Positions 18,425-27,025 of a DNA stretch of 54,313 bases are shown in pieces. Within the stretch, counting starts at the first letter, position 1; each line of letters opens with the position of its first letter. The notes below the pieces were generated by a model. That model was not told where the DNA came from. It searched no databases and worked only from the letters and a program-made list of their open reading frames with translations. Position numbers and translations under genes: made by a program. Where the stretch lies: contig DXDU01000068.1 of assembly GCA_019115285.1 (NCBI GenBank), positions 1-54,313 on the forward strand, in the 5' to 3' direction. Origin of the DNA: Candidatus Acutalibacter pullistercoris (GTDB lineage Bacteria > Bacillota > Clostridia > Oscillospirales > Acutalibacteraceae).

Positions 18425-18454
18425 GATGGCTCCCAAAGAAATTGACAATTCGCC
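18404..18454. promoter_or_regulatory. Putative repressor operator sites (perfect 12-bp inverted repeat)
   Basis: GGCGAATTGTCA (18404-18415) and TGACAATTCGCC (18443-18454); related site GGCGTTTTGTCA at 18373-18384. Confidence 0.6.
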
Positions 18455-18470
18455 AATCAGGGGGTATACT
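18442..18470 (+). promoter_or_regulatory. Rightward sigma-A promoter (repressor)
   Basis: TTGACA-17 bp-TATACT. Confidence 0.75.
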
Positions 18471-18511
18471 ATTCCCAGAACACCCGGCCTCGCCGGGAAA
18501 GGAGGAGGACC

Positions 18512-19225
18512 ATGGGATTTTCTGACACGCTGCGCGCCGCCAGGCAGGAAAAGGGCCTCACCCAACAGGAGGTGGCCCGGGTCCTGGAGGTGGACAAGAC
18601 CACCTACTCCGGCTACGAGACAGGCCGCCGCCAGCCGGACGTGGGCAAACTGCAGAAGCTGGCCCGGCTCTTAGAGCTTTCGGGGGACCAGCTGCTGGGC
18701 CTGCCCCCCCGGGCCGCCAACGCCCTGACCCCGGAGGAGCTGGGGAAGCTCAAACGCTACCGGCTGCTGGATGTCCACGGCCGGGAGCTGGTGGACCTGG
18801 TCCTGGAGAAGGAGTACCAGCGCATGACCCGCCGGGAGGAGAAGGAGGAAAAGGGCTGGGTGACCTACATCAACTGTTACGACCTGGCGGTCTCCGCCGG
18901 CACCGGCGAGCCCTGGAGCGGCACCGGCTACAAGACCCGGCTGGAGATCCCCCAGCAGCAGGTGCCGGAAAACGCCCACTACTGCGCCAGAGTCAACGGG
19001 GACAGCATGGAGCCGGCCTACAAAGACGGGGACATCGTCTTTGTGGAGCGGGTGGAGGGCTGCGTCCAGGAGGGGGAAGTGGGGATTTTCCTCTTAAACG
19101 GCGAGGGCTACATCAAGCGCCTGGGGGACCGGGAGCTGCTCTCCCTGAACCCCAAGTACGGGCCCATCGCCCTCCACGACTACGACGACTTCCGCTGCCA
19201 AGGCCGGGTCCTGGGCAAACTTTGA
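18512..19225 (+). CDS. CI/LexA-like repressor (XRE HTH plus S24 autopeptidase)
   Basis: HTH LTQQEVARVLEVDKTTYSGYETGRRQP; Ala-Gly cleavage site VSAGTG; catalytic Ser in GDSMEP and Lys in YIKRL; AAGGAGG RBS. Confidence 0.9.
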   Translation: MGFSDTLRAARQEKGLTQQEVARVLEVDKTTYSGYETGRRQPDVGKLQKLARLLELSGDQLLGLPPRAANALTPEELGKLKRYRLLDVHGRELVDLVLEKEYQRMTRREEKEEKGWVTYINCYDLAVSAGTGEPWSGTGYKTRLEIPQQQVPENAHYCARVNGDSMEPAYKDGDIVFVERVEGCVQEGEVGIFLLNGEGYIKRLGDRELLSLNPKYGPIALHDYDDFRCQGRVLGKL

Positions 19226-19229
19226 GCGG

Positions 19230-20010
19230 TCCGTAGCCGGACGGGCCAGGAAAATCCCTCCGCTGAAGGACGCTCCGGGATTTTAGGGCGGGTTGACCGA
19301 ACCTGGGGCGGGTTCCGCTTCCACTTCACCTGCGGATTCGGAAAGCTTTATGGGCCCCACCCCCGTCTCGCCTGCCGGGTGAGCAAGATTTGTGAAGCCC
19401 ACCCCCTGCCCCCTCCCGCGCCCAGACCATAGCGAAGGCCATTCCCTCGCTGGCGCGGGAGGGGGATTCTCTTTTATTATTTTAATAGGATTTTCAAGGG
19501 GCTTCGCCCCTTGGACCCCCATGGTAGATAACCTCCCTTGAGGTAGAGAGTTAAATATGAGGGGGTTGTCAAAGGGGGGAGCTATCGCCCCCCTTTGGAA
19601 TGAGATTATAGAATATACTCCCCCCTCCCGTACCGCTAGGGTACAGGCTATATCCCGCTGGCCTTACGGGAGGGGGGTGAGCGAGCGCCGGTGGCGCTCT
19701 GCCGCGAACCGGTCTCAGCTCCCGCTTCGGTCGGCGCTGAACGGTCGCCAGTGGCGACCAGCGCCCGAGCCGCCAGGCGAGACAGCGTCAGCTCCCCCCT
19801 TTGGAATGAGATTATAGATATTGTATCCCCCGCCAACGATTACCTCTCAGTAAATTTACGGGAGGGGGGCAGGGGGGTGGGCATCACCCGTCCCGAGCAA
19901 GGCAACAGGCGGGAGCAGCGGAATACCGCCTGGGTGGGGTAAACTCGCCCTAAAATCCCGGCGGGCGAAGCCCAGAGGGATTTTTCTGGCCTGCGGTGCC
20001 AACCGCCACA
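19230..20010. repeat. Intergenic mosaic repeat island 3
   Basis: AAAATCCC hairpins (19251, 19952), core unit 19398-19680 and module A (19675-19768). Confidence 0.9.
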
Positions 20011-20037
20011 GCGGGCTGGGCACCTCCAAAAACATGC

Positions 20038-20066
20038 TTGACAAGCGCTGATTTTTGTGCTATAGT
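20038..20066 (+). promoter_or_regulatory. Sigma-A promoter of the T-box/trpB2 transcript
   Basis: TTGACA-17 bp-TATAGT with extended -10 TG. Confidence 0.75.
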
Positions 20067-20074
20067 GTGCACAA

Positions 20075-20362
20075 ATCGAGAAGACGTGAAACCGGTGACC
20101 GGGACGAGTACCCTTTCACAACTGTCTTCCTAGCGAACCGCGGGCGGTGAGAGCGCGGCAGGACAGGGAGAGGGGAATGGACCCGCGAGGGCGGACCGAA
20201 CAAGGGGTGGTTGCTCCTTTAGTAGGGAAGACGGATGCTGACCGTTACAGCAGCTAGCGCATGGAAGTGCGTGAACGAGGCGCGTCCCTACGGGGGCGAA
20301 TTTAGGTGGCACCGCAGATACGGCGTATCTGTCCTAGAAACTAGGACGGATGCGCTTTTTTC
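20075..20362 (+). promoter_or_regulatory. T-box riboswitch, Trp specifier
   Basis: Stem I AGCGA..GGTGAGA motifs; specifier loop GAA-TGG-AC (UGG=Trp); T-box AATTTAGGTGGCACCGC (20299-20315); terminator GCGTATCTGTCCTAG-AAA-CTAGGACGGATGCGC-TTTTTT. Confidence 0.88.
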
Positions 20363-20408
20363 ATAGTCTTTTCGAACTACACTCTATCCCTGGAAAGGAA
20401 GGTATCCC

Positions 20409-21782
20409 ATGAGCAAACACGAGATCCCCTACAAGATCTATCTGGAAGAAAGCGAGCTGCCTACCGCCTGGTACAACCTGCGCGCCGACATGAAGAACAA
20501 GCCCGCTCCCCTGTTAAACCCCGCCACCCACCAGCCCATGGGCTTCGAGGACCTGCGGCCTGTGTTCTGCGACGAGCTCATCAAGCAGGAGCTGGACAAC
20601 ACCACCCCCTATTTCGACATCCCCGGGGAGATTCTGGACTTCTACAAGATGTACCGGCCCTCTCCCCTCATTCACGCGGAGTTTCTGGAGAAGGCCCTGG
20701 GCACCCCCGCCAAGATCTACTATAAGTTCGAGGGCAACAACACCTCCGGCTCTCACAAGCTGAACTCCGCCATCGCCCAGGCCTACTACGCCAAGAAGCA
20801 GGGCCTCAAGGGCGTCACCACCGAGACAGGCGCCGGCCAGTGGGGCACCGCCCTGTCCATGGCCTGCTCCTTCTTCGACCTGGACTGCAAGGTCTACATG
20901 GTAAAGGTCAGCTACGAGCAGAAGCCCTTCCGCCGGGAGGTCATGCGCACCTACGGCGCCTCTGTCACCCCCTCCCCCTCGGAGACCACCGTCGTGGGCC
21001 GGAAGATCTTAGAGGCCCACCCGGGCACCAGCGGCTCTCTGGGCTGCGCCATCTCCGAGGCTGTGGAAGTGGCCACCGGCCTGCCGGGCTACCGCTACGT
21101 GCTGGGATCGGTCTTAAACCAGGTGCTGCTGCACCAGTCCGTCATCGGCCTGGAGACCCAGGCAGCCCTGGAGAAATACGACATCCATCCCGACATCATC
21201 ATCGGCTGCGCCGGGGGCGGCTCCAACCTGGGCGGCCTCATCTCCCCCTTCATGCGGGATAAGATCCTGGGCAAGGCCGATTACCGCATCATCGCCGTAG
21301 AGCCCGCCTCCTGCCCCTCCTTCACTCGGGGCAAGTACGCCTACGACTACTGCGACACCGGCATGGTGTGCCCGTTGTCCAAGATGTACACCCTGGGCTC
21401 CAACTTCATCCCCTCCGCCAACCACGCCGGCGGCCTGCGGTACCACGGCATGAGCTCCGTGCTCTCCCAGCTGTACGACGACGGCCTGATGGAGGCCCGG
21501 GCCGTGGAGCAGACCAGTGTGTTCCAGGCGGCGGAGCTCTTCGCCCGAGTGGAGGGCACCCTGCCCGCTCCCGAGAGCAGCCACGCCATTCGCGCCGCCA
21601 TCGACGAGGCCTTAAAGTGCAAAGAGACCGGCGAGGCCAAGACCATCGTCTTCGGCCTGACGGGCACCGGCTACTTCGACATGACCGCCTACCAGAAGTT
21701 CAACGACGGTGCGATGACTGACTACATCCCCACCGACGAGGAGCTGCAGGCCAGTTTCGCCCAGCTGCCCAAAGTGGACTGA
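20409..21782 (+). CDS. trpB2: TrpB2-type tryptophan synthase beta-like PLP enzyme
   Basis: Motifs SGSHKLNSA (PLP Lys), TETGAGQWG, GGGSNLGG, HAGGLRYHG and PAPESSHAI. The long N-terminus LPTAWYN is typical of TrpB2. Confidence 0.9.
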   Translation: MSKHEIPYKIYLEESELPTAWYNLRADMKNKPAPLLNPATHQPMGFEDLRPVFCDELIKQELDNTTPYFDIPGEILDFYKMYRPSPLIHAEFLEKALGTPAKIYYKFEGNNTSGSHKLNSAIAQAYYAKKQGLKGVTTETGAGQWGTALSMACSFFDLDCKVYMVKVSYEQKPFRREVMRTYGASVTPSPSETTVVGRKILEAHPGTSGSLGCAISEAVEVATGLPGYRYVLGSVLNQVLLHQSVIGLETQAALEKYDIHPDIIIGCAGGGSNLGGLISPFMRDKILGKADYRIIAVEPASCPSFTRGKYAYDYCDTGMVCPLSKMYTLGSNFIPSANHAGGLRYHGMSSVLSQLYDDGLMEARAVEQTSVFQAAELFARVEGTLPAPESSHAIRAAIDEALKCKETGEAKTIVFGLTGTGYFDMTAYQKFNDGAMTDYIPTDEELQASFAQLPKVD

Positions 21783-22772
21783 GGCGCGTGCCCGCGCGGG
21801 GCGGGAAAATCCCTCCGCTGAGGGGCGCTCCGAGGCGGTTGGCACCGCGGGCCAGGAAAATCCCTTTGCACTTCGTGCGCCGGGATTTTAGGGCGAGCTT
21901 ACCCCGCCCAGGCGGTATTGCCCGCTCTTGCCTGCCGGGCGGAGAGGCCGTGTGAGGCCCACCCCCTGCCCCCTCCCGCGCCCATACCAAGGAGATATAA
22001 ATTCCCTTGCAGGCGCGGGAGGGGGAGTCTGATCTATAATCTCATTCCAAAGGGGGGAGACATCCGTCTCCCCCCTTTGATAACCCCCCACAGTTTACAG
22101 CTTTCGGCCTCAGAAGTGGCTATCTGTCATAAGGGGTCCAAGGGGACGGAGTCCCCTTGAAAATCCTATTAAAATAATTAAAAAAGAGAATCCCCCTCCC
22201 GCGCCTGTAAGGTTAGATATACCACCTAGGTCTGGGCGCGGGAGGGGGCAGGGGGTGGGAGCGCAGATAACTTGCCCCTCAGCAGGCGAGACCAGAGGGT
22301 GGGCTTTATAAGGCTTCCCCACAGGCAGGTGAGACTTGGCTCTCCCTCTGGGAGAGCTGGCACGACGAAGTCGTGACTGAGAGGGGCTGCCTTCAAAGGG
22401 GTTCGCAAAGGGGGATGAAATCCCACTTTGGAATTAAACTATAGTACTTTCTCCCCCTCCCGTACTGCAAAGGTGCGGATTATAGCTTTTGTCCCCTTAC
22501 GGGAGGGGGTGAGCGAGCGCCGGTGGCGCTCTGCCGCGAACCGGTCTCAGCTCCCGCTTCGGTCGGCGCTGAACGGTCGCCACTGGCGACCAGCGCCCGA
22601 GCCGGCAAGCGAGACCAGGGGGTGAACACCGCAATGCCGCGGGAAAGCCGCCCCAAAATCCCGGAGCGTCCTTTGCGGAGGGATTTTATTGCCCAGCGCG
22701 GGCACGCGCCGGCAGGCGAGACCAGGGGGTGGGCTTGTATAAAGCTTTCCCCCGACAGGCGAGGGTGCGCCC
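21783..22772. repeat. Intergenic mosaic repeat island 4, including a 302-bp unit with 27-bp perfect terminal inverted repeats (21958-22259)
   Basis: TIR CCCACCCCCTGCCCCCTCCCGCGCCCA at 21958-21984 and its reverse complement at 22233-22259; modules G (22338-22384) and A (22506-22600); AAAATCCC hairpins. Confidence 0.9.
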
Positions 22773-22773
22773 A

Positions 22774-22807
22774 AAAAGAGAGAGGAGAGCGTTTACTCTC
22801 CTCTCTT
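22774..22807 (-). terminator. Intrinsic terminator after the MATE gene
   Basis: AGAGAGGAGAG/CTCTCCTCTCT stem with a T-run on the minus strand. Confidence 0.6.
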
Positions 22808-22824
22808 GCCGTGGTGGGACGCGG

Positions 22825-24270
22825 TCAGATCTGGTCCGGCTCCAGGGGGACATCCTTGCCGCTGCCCTGCCCGGCGGGGACGGCGACAATGGACTTCTTC
22901 CGCCACCGGCCCTTCCGGTAGGCGATGGCGGTAATCACCGCGCCGGCCAGCCAGGAGATGAGCAGGGACAGGAACAGGGGGTCCGGGGTGCCGGAGCCCA
23001 TGGCCCCGCCCTCGGGACGGGTGAGGAACTCCAGGCCGTAGGCGATGGGCACCCGCACCACCACGGTGGTGACCAGGGAGATCCACATGGGGGTCATGGT
23101 GTCGCCCGCTCCCCGCATAACGCCGGAGAGAATCTGGGTGACACCCATGGCGACGTACCCCACCGCCAGAATCCGCAGCATCCGCATGCCGGTGGAGATC
23201 ACTTCCGGCGTCTGGGTGAACAGTTCCATCAGGTACTGGCCAAAGAGGAGGATCAGCGCCACCAGCACCACCGCCACCGACAGCCCCAGCTTTAAGCCGG
23301 CCTTGGTGCCCTTGACGCAGCGGTCCAGCTTCCCGGCGCCGATGTTCTGGCCGGTGTAGGTGGTCATGGCGGTGCCGAAGGTGAAGTTGGGCATCATGGC
23401 GAAGCCGTCCACCCGCATGACCACCGTGTTGGCGGCGATAACCACCGTGCCGAAGGAGTTGGTCAGGGACTGGACAATGATCATGGCGAAGGAGAAGATG
23501 GCCTGGGTCAGGCCGCTGGGCAGCCCCAGTTTGATGAGCTGCTTGATGTAGAAGGATCTGGGCCACAGGTGAGCGGGCCGCACCTCCAGCAGGTCCCGCA
23601 TCTTCAGCAGGCGGATGAGACATAGCGCCCCGGAGACGACCTGGGAGATGATGGTGGCGATGGCCGCTCCCGCCACACCCCAGTGTAACCCGGCCACGAA
23701 CCAGATGTCCAGGCCGATGTTGAGCAGGCAGGCGATGATCAGGAAAATCACCGGCATGACGGAATCTCCCAGGCCACGCAGCACGCCGGAGAGGATGTTG
23801 TAGTAGCCGCTGCCGATGATCCCGGCGAAGATGATGACCAGGTAGATGCAGGCGTCCTCGAAGATGTCCTCGGGGGTGCCCAGCAGGGACATGATGGGCC
23901 GGGTGACCAGGGGGCCCACAATCATAATGAACACAGAGGCCACAAAGGTGGCGGTGATGGTGGTGCCCACCGTAGCCGAGAGCTTGTCCCGGTCCTTGGC
24001 CCCAAAGTACTGGGAGACCATGACGGTAGCCCCCACGGAGATGCCCATAAACAGCACCAGGAGCAGGTTTAAAATGGGGTTGCTGGCCCCAACGGCCGCC
24101 AGGGCGCCGTCGCCCACGTAGTTGCCCACCACGATGGAGTCGGCGGTGGAGTAGAGCTGCTGGGCCATGTTCCCAATGAGCAGCGGCACGGAGAACCTGG
24201 CCAGGTTCCCCATGGGGCTGCCCTGGGTCATATCCTGGGCTTCGAACAGGGCGCTGAGTCTGCCTGCCAT
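22825..24270 (-). CDS. MATE family efflux transporter
   Basis: Motifs DMTQGSP, PLLIGNMAQQLYSTADSIVVG, LRGLGDS and GQNIGAG; about 12 TM. Confidence 0.92.
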   Translation of the reverse strand: MAGRLSALFEAQDMTQGSPMGNLARFSVPLLIGNMAQQLYSTADSIVVGNYVGDGALAAVGASNPILNLLLVLFMGISVGATVMVSQYFGAKDRDKLSATVGTTITATFVASVFIMIVGPLVTRPIMSLLGTPEDIFEDACIYLVIIFAGIIGSGYYNILSGVLRGLGDSVMPVIFLIIACLLNIGLDIWFVAGLHWGVAGAAIATIISQVVSGALCLIRLLKMRDLLEVRPAHLWPRSFYIKQLIKLGLPSGLTQAIFSFAMIIVQSLTNSFGTVVIAANTVVMRVDGFAMMPNFTFGTAMTTYTGQNIGAGKLDRCVKGTKAGLKLGLSVAVVLVALILLFGQYLMELFTQTPEVISTGMRMLRILAVGYVAMGVTQILSGVMRGAGDTMTPMWISLVTTVVVRVPIAYGLEFLTRPEGGAMGSGTPDPLFLSLLISWLAGAVITAIAYRKGRWRKKSIVAVPAGQGSGKDVPLEPDQI

Positions 24271-24409
24271 GAGATTCGATCATCCTTTCCCCAAAAGAAA
24301 ATAGTTCCGTTCCCGTCCATTATAGCATGGAGGGGCGGGTTTTGCTTTTGTGAACTTCTATAATTTTACCCGCCGCCCCTTTGTCCATCTCGCCCAATGA
24401 CTGCCCTCT

Positions 24410-25170
24410 CCCCTGCCGGGCGGGCACGGAAGTTATGTGATGCCCACCCCCGTCTCGCCTGCCGGCTCGGGCGCTGGTCGCCAGTGGCGACCGTTCAGCG
24501 CCGGTCTCCGCTGCCGCGTCGGTCGGTCCTGGACGCGCCCCACCGGGGCGCAGGACCCGAAGCGGGAGCTGAGACCGGTTCGCGGCAGAGCGCCACCGGC
24601 GCTCGCTCACCCCCCTCCCGCGCCCAAACCACGGTGAAAGCTGTTCCCTCGCTGGCGCGGGAGGGGAAATAAGTTTTAACAATAAATTGAATTTTCAAGG
24701 GGACTGCGGTCTCACCTGCCGGTTCGGTCGGTCCTGGACGGTGCCCACTGGGCACCAGGACCCCCTTGTACCCCTATTTAAAGACAGCCTCCCTTGAGGC
24801 AGAAAGCCATAAACGGTGGGGGGTTCACAAAGGGGGAGGCAATGCCTCCCCCTTTGGAATTAGACTATATAAAACCGTCCCCCTCCCATGCCGGTAGGCT
24901 ACCCTCTTTCGCACGGTGAGTGCATGGGAGGGGGTAGGGGGTGGGACTTATAAAGCTTTCCCCCCGGCAGGCGAGACGGGGGGATGGGCCTCACCCAGCT
25001 ATAGAGGCGGGCTGGGTGCGCAGCCATCCGGGCCGTCGGCCTATCGCCCTGCGGGCGCGTGCGGCCGCCGCCCCTGGCTTTCTCTTATCGCGGCTGCGCC
25101 GCTCTTTAAGGTCGTGGAGCTCCGCTCCACACTTCGCAAGCTTTTTGAAAAAAGCTTGACCAAAAACTTT
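24410..25170. repeat. Intergenic mosaic repeat island 5, with two nested module-F insertions
   Basis: Inverted module A (24467-24613) is interrupted at ~24504-24555. Core unit 24607-24945 is interrupted at ~24709-24761. Module H at 25091-25170. Confidence 0.9.
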
Positions 25171-25180
25171 TAATTTCCCG

Positions 25181-26302
25181 TTACTCCAGGGTGGCGGCGG
25201 CCTTTTTCAGCTCCTCGATGATCTGGATCTTCTGGGGGCAATGGGCTTCGCAGTTGCCGCACTGGATGCAGTCGCTGGCCTTGCCGCCTTCCTTCACCGC
25301 GTTCTGGTACCGGTTCTTGGCCCCGTTCTTGTCGTTGTACAGGGTGAACTGGTTCATGGCGGAGAAAATGTCCGGGATGCTGATCTTCTGGGGACATCCG
25401 TCCACGCAGTACTTGCAGGCGGTGCAGGGGATGGTGGGGATGCTGTTGAGGATTTCCACCGCCTTTCCGATCACCTGGCGCTCGCTGTCGGTCAGGGGCT
25501 GAAAGTGCTCCATGTAGGCCACGTTGTCGTTGAGCTGCTCCTCGTTGGACATGCCGGAGAGCACGGTGATGATGCCCTCCAAGGAGGCGCAGTACCGCAC
25601 CGCCCAGGAGGCCGGGGAGGCGTCGGGCGCGGCGTCTTTAAAGAGCTTCTGGATCTCGGGGGTCATGGTGGCCAGGGACCCGCCCTTGACGGGCTCCATG
25701 ATGATCACGGGCTTGTCGTACTTGCGGGCCACCTCGTAGCACTTTCTGGACTGGACGGAGTCGCTCTCCCAGTCGGCGTAGTTAATCTGCAGCTGGACGA
25801 ACTCCATCTCCGGGTGGTTCTTCAAAATGTCCTCCAACGCCTCGGCGGTGTCATGGAAGGAGAAGCCGATGTGTTTGGCTTTCCCCTGGGCCTTCACCTG
25901 CTTCATAAAGTCCCAGGCCTGCAGCTCGTCGGCTTTTTTGGCCCGCTCGGCGCTCATGGCGTGGAGCAGGTAAAAGTCGTAGTACTCCAGCCCCGCCCGC
26001 TGCAGGGAGGTGTCCAGAATCTCCTGAAGCTCCTCGTGGCTCTTCTGGTCCCACAAAGGCAGCTTGGTGGCGCACTGGAAGCTGTCCCTGGGGTAGCGGT
26101 CCACCACGGCCTCCTTCAGGGCCACCTCGCTTTTCCCGCCGATGTACACGTAGGCGGTGTCAAAATAGGTGAAGCCCTTGGCCATAAAGGTGTCCACCAT
26201 TTTCTTTGTCTGCTCCATGTCGATCTCGTCGCCGATCATGGGAAGGCGCATCAGGCCGAAGCCCAGCTTTTTAATGCTCTCCCCCAGGTACTTGTCTGCC
26301 AT
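25181..26302 (-). CDS. Aldo/keto reductase with C-terminal 4Fe-4S dicluster domain
   Basis: Motifs LGFGLMRLP, YFDTAYVY, IGFSFH and MEPVKGG; Cys motifs CTACKYC..CP and CIQCGNC..CP. Confidence 0.9.
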   Translation of the reverse strand: MADKYLGESIKKLGFGLMRLPMIGDEIDMEQTKKMVDTFMAKGFTYFDTAYVYIGGKSEVALKEAVVDRYPRDSFQCATKLPLWDQKSHEELQEILDTSLQRAGLEYYDFYLLHAMSAERAKKADELQAWDFMKQVKAQGKAKHIGFSFHDTAEALEDILKNHPEMEFVQLQINYADWESDSVQSRKCYEVARKYDKPVIIMEPVKGGSLATMTPEIQKLFKDAAPDASPASWAVRYCASLEGIITVLSGMSNEEQLNDNVAYMEHFQPLTDSERQVIGKAVEILNSIPTIPCTACKYCVDGCPQKISIPDIFSAMNQFTLYNDKNGAKNRYQNAVKEGGKASDCIQCGNCEAHCPQKIQIIEELKKAAATLE

Positions 26303-26599
26303 GGGTGATCTCTCCTCTCCTTGGGGCGTGCCCCTGTTTTCCTGTGTGCCCGGAGATCCGGGCGCGCCCCGCCGGTCTTTCCCAGAACCCGCGGGTCCCT
26401 CCCCAGAAAGGCCAGGCGCTGGCGCCGTTTCCCGATCCTCCGTGTGCTTTTAGTCGATTATACAACTTAAACCGCCCTTCAAGTCAATTGTTTTTTGTCC
26501 GATTTGTCCTCCCCTCCCGGGGCGGGGGTGAATTTCCCCTGGCCTTTTGCCCCCGCTGCTGGTATACTGGTAGCAGAAACGGGAAAGGAGGGAAAGGGG

Positions 26600-26995
26600 T
26601 TGGACCGAGAAACCAGGCGGCGGCTTTGCCGGGTGCTCCTTGTGTTTTTGGGGCTGGCGGCCCTGGCAGGGCTGGTGGTGCTCTTAAAGCCCCCCTGCCC
26701 CTTCTCCGCCCTCACCGGCCTATCCTGCGCCGGGTGCGGGGGCCAGCGAATGCTCTCCGCCCTGCTGCGGGGGGACGTTTCCCTGGCCTTCCGGCAGAAC
26801 CCCTTTCTCTTCTGCGCCCTGCCCCTGCTGGGGCTGTACCTGCTGGGGGAGGCGGTCCGCTACGGCAAGGGCCAGCCCCCCCTTTGCCGGCAGCTCTGGG
26901 CCGTGGCCTTTCTGGCGGCCCTGGCCCTGGGGGCGGTAGTCTTCACCCTGCTGCGCAACCTGCCCGGCTTTGAGATGCTGGGGCCGGTGGCCTGA
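26600..26995 (+). CDS. DUF2752-like membrane protein
   Basis: CPF..LTGLSCAGCGGQR motif, A...NP and C-terminal LRNLP; TTG start after AAGGAGG/AAAGGGG. Confidence 0.75.
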   Translation: MDRETRRRLCRVLLVFLGLAALAGLVVLLKPPCPFSALTGLSCAGCGGQRMLSALLRGDVSLAFRQNPFLFCALPLLGLYLLGEAVRYGKGQPPLCRQLWAVAFLAALALGAVVFTLLRNLPGFEMLGPVA

Positions 26996-27025
26996 CTTTC
27001 ACATCACTTGGAGAGGAGCAACCCC

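Noticed and set aside
16376-19225. Complete prophage or PICI/satellite call
   Set aside because: No integrase, att-like direct repeats, primase/replication, portal, capsid, tail or lysis genes were seen in the window.
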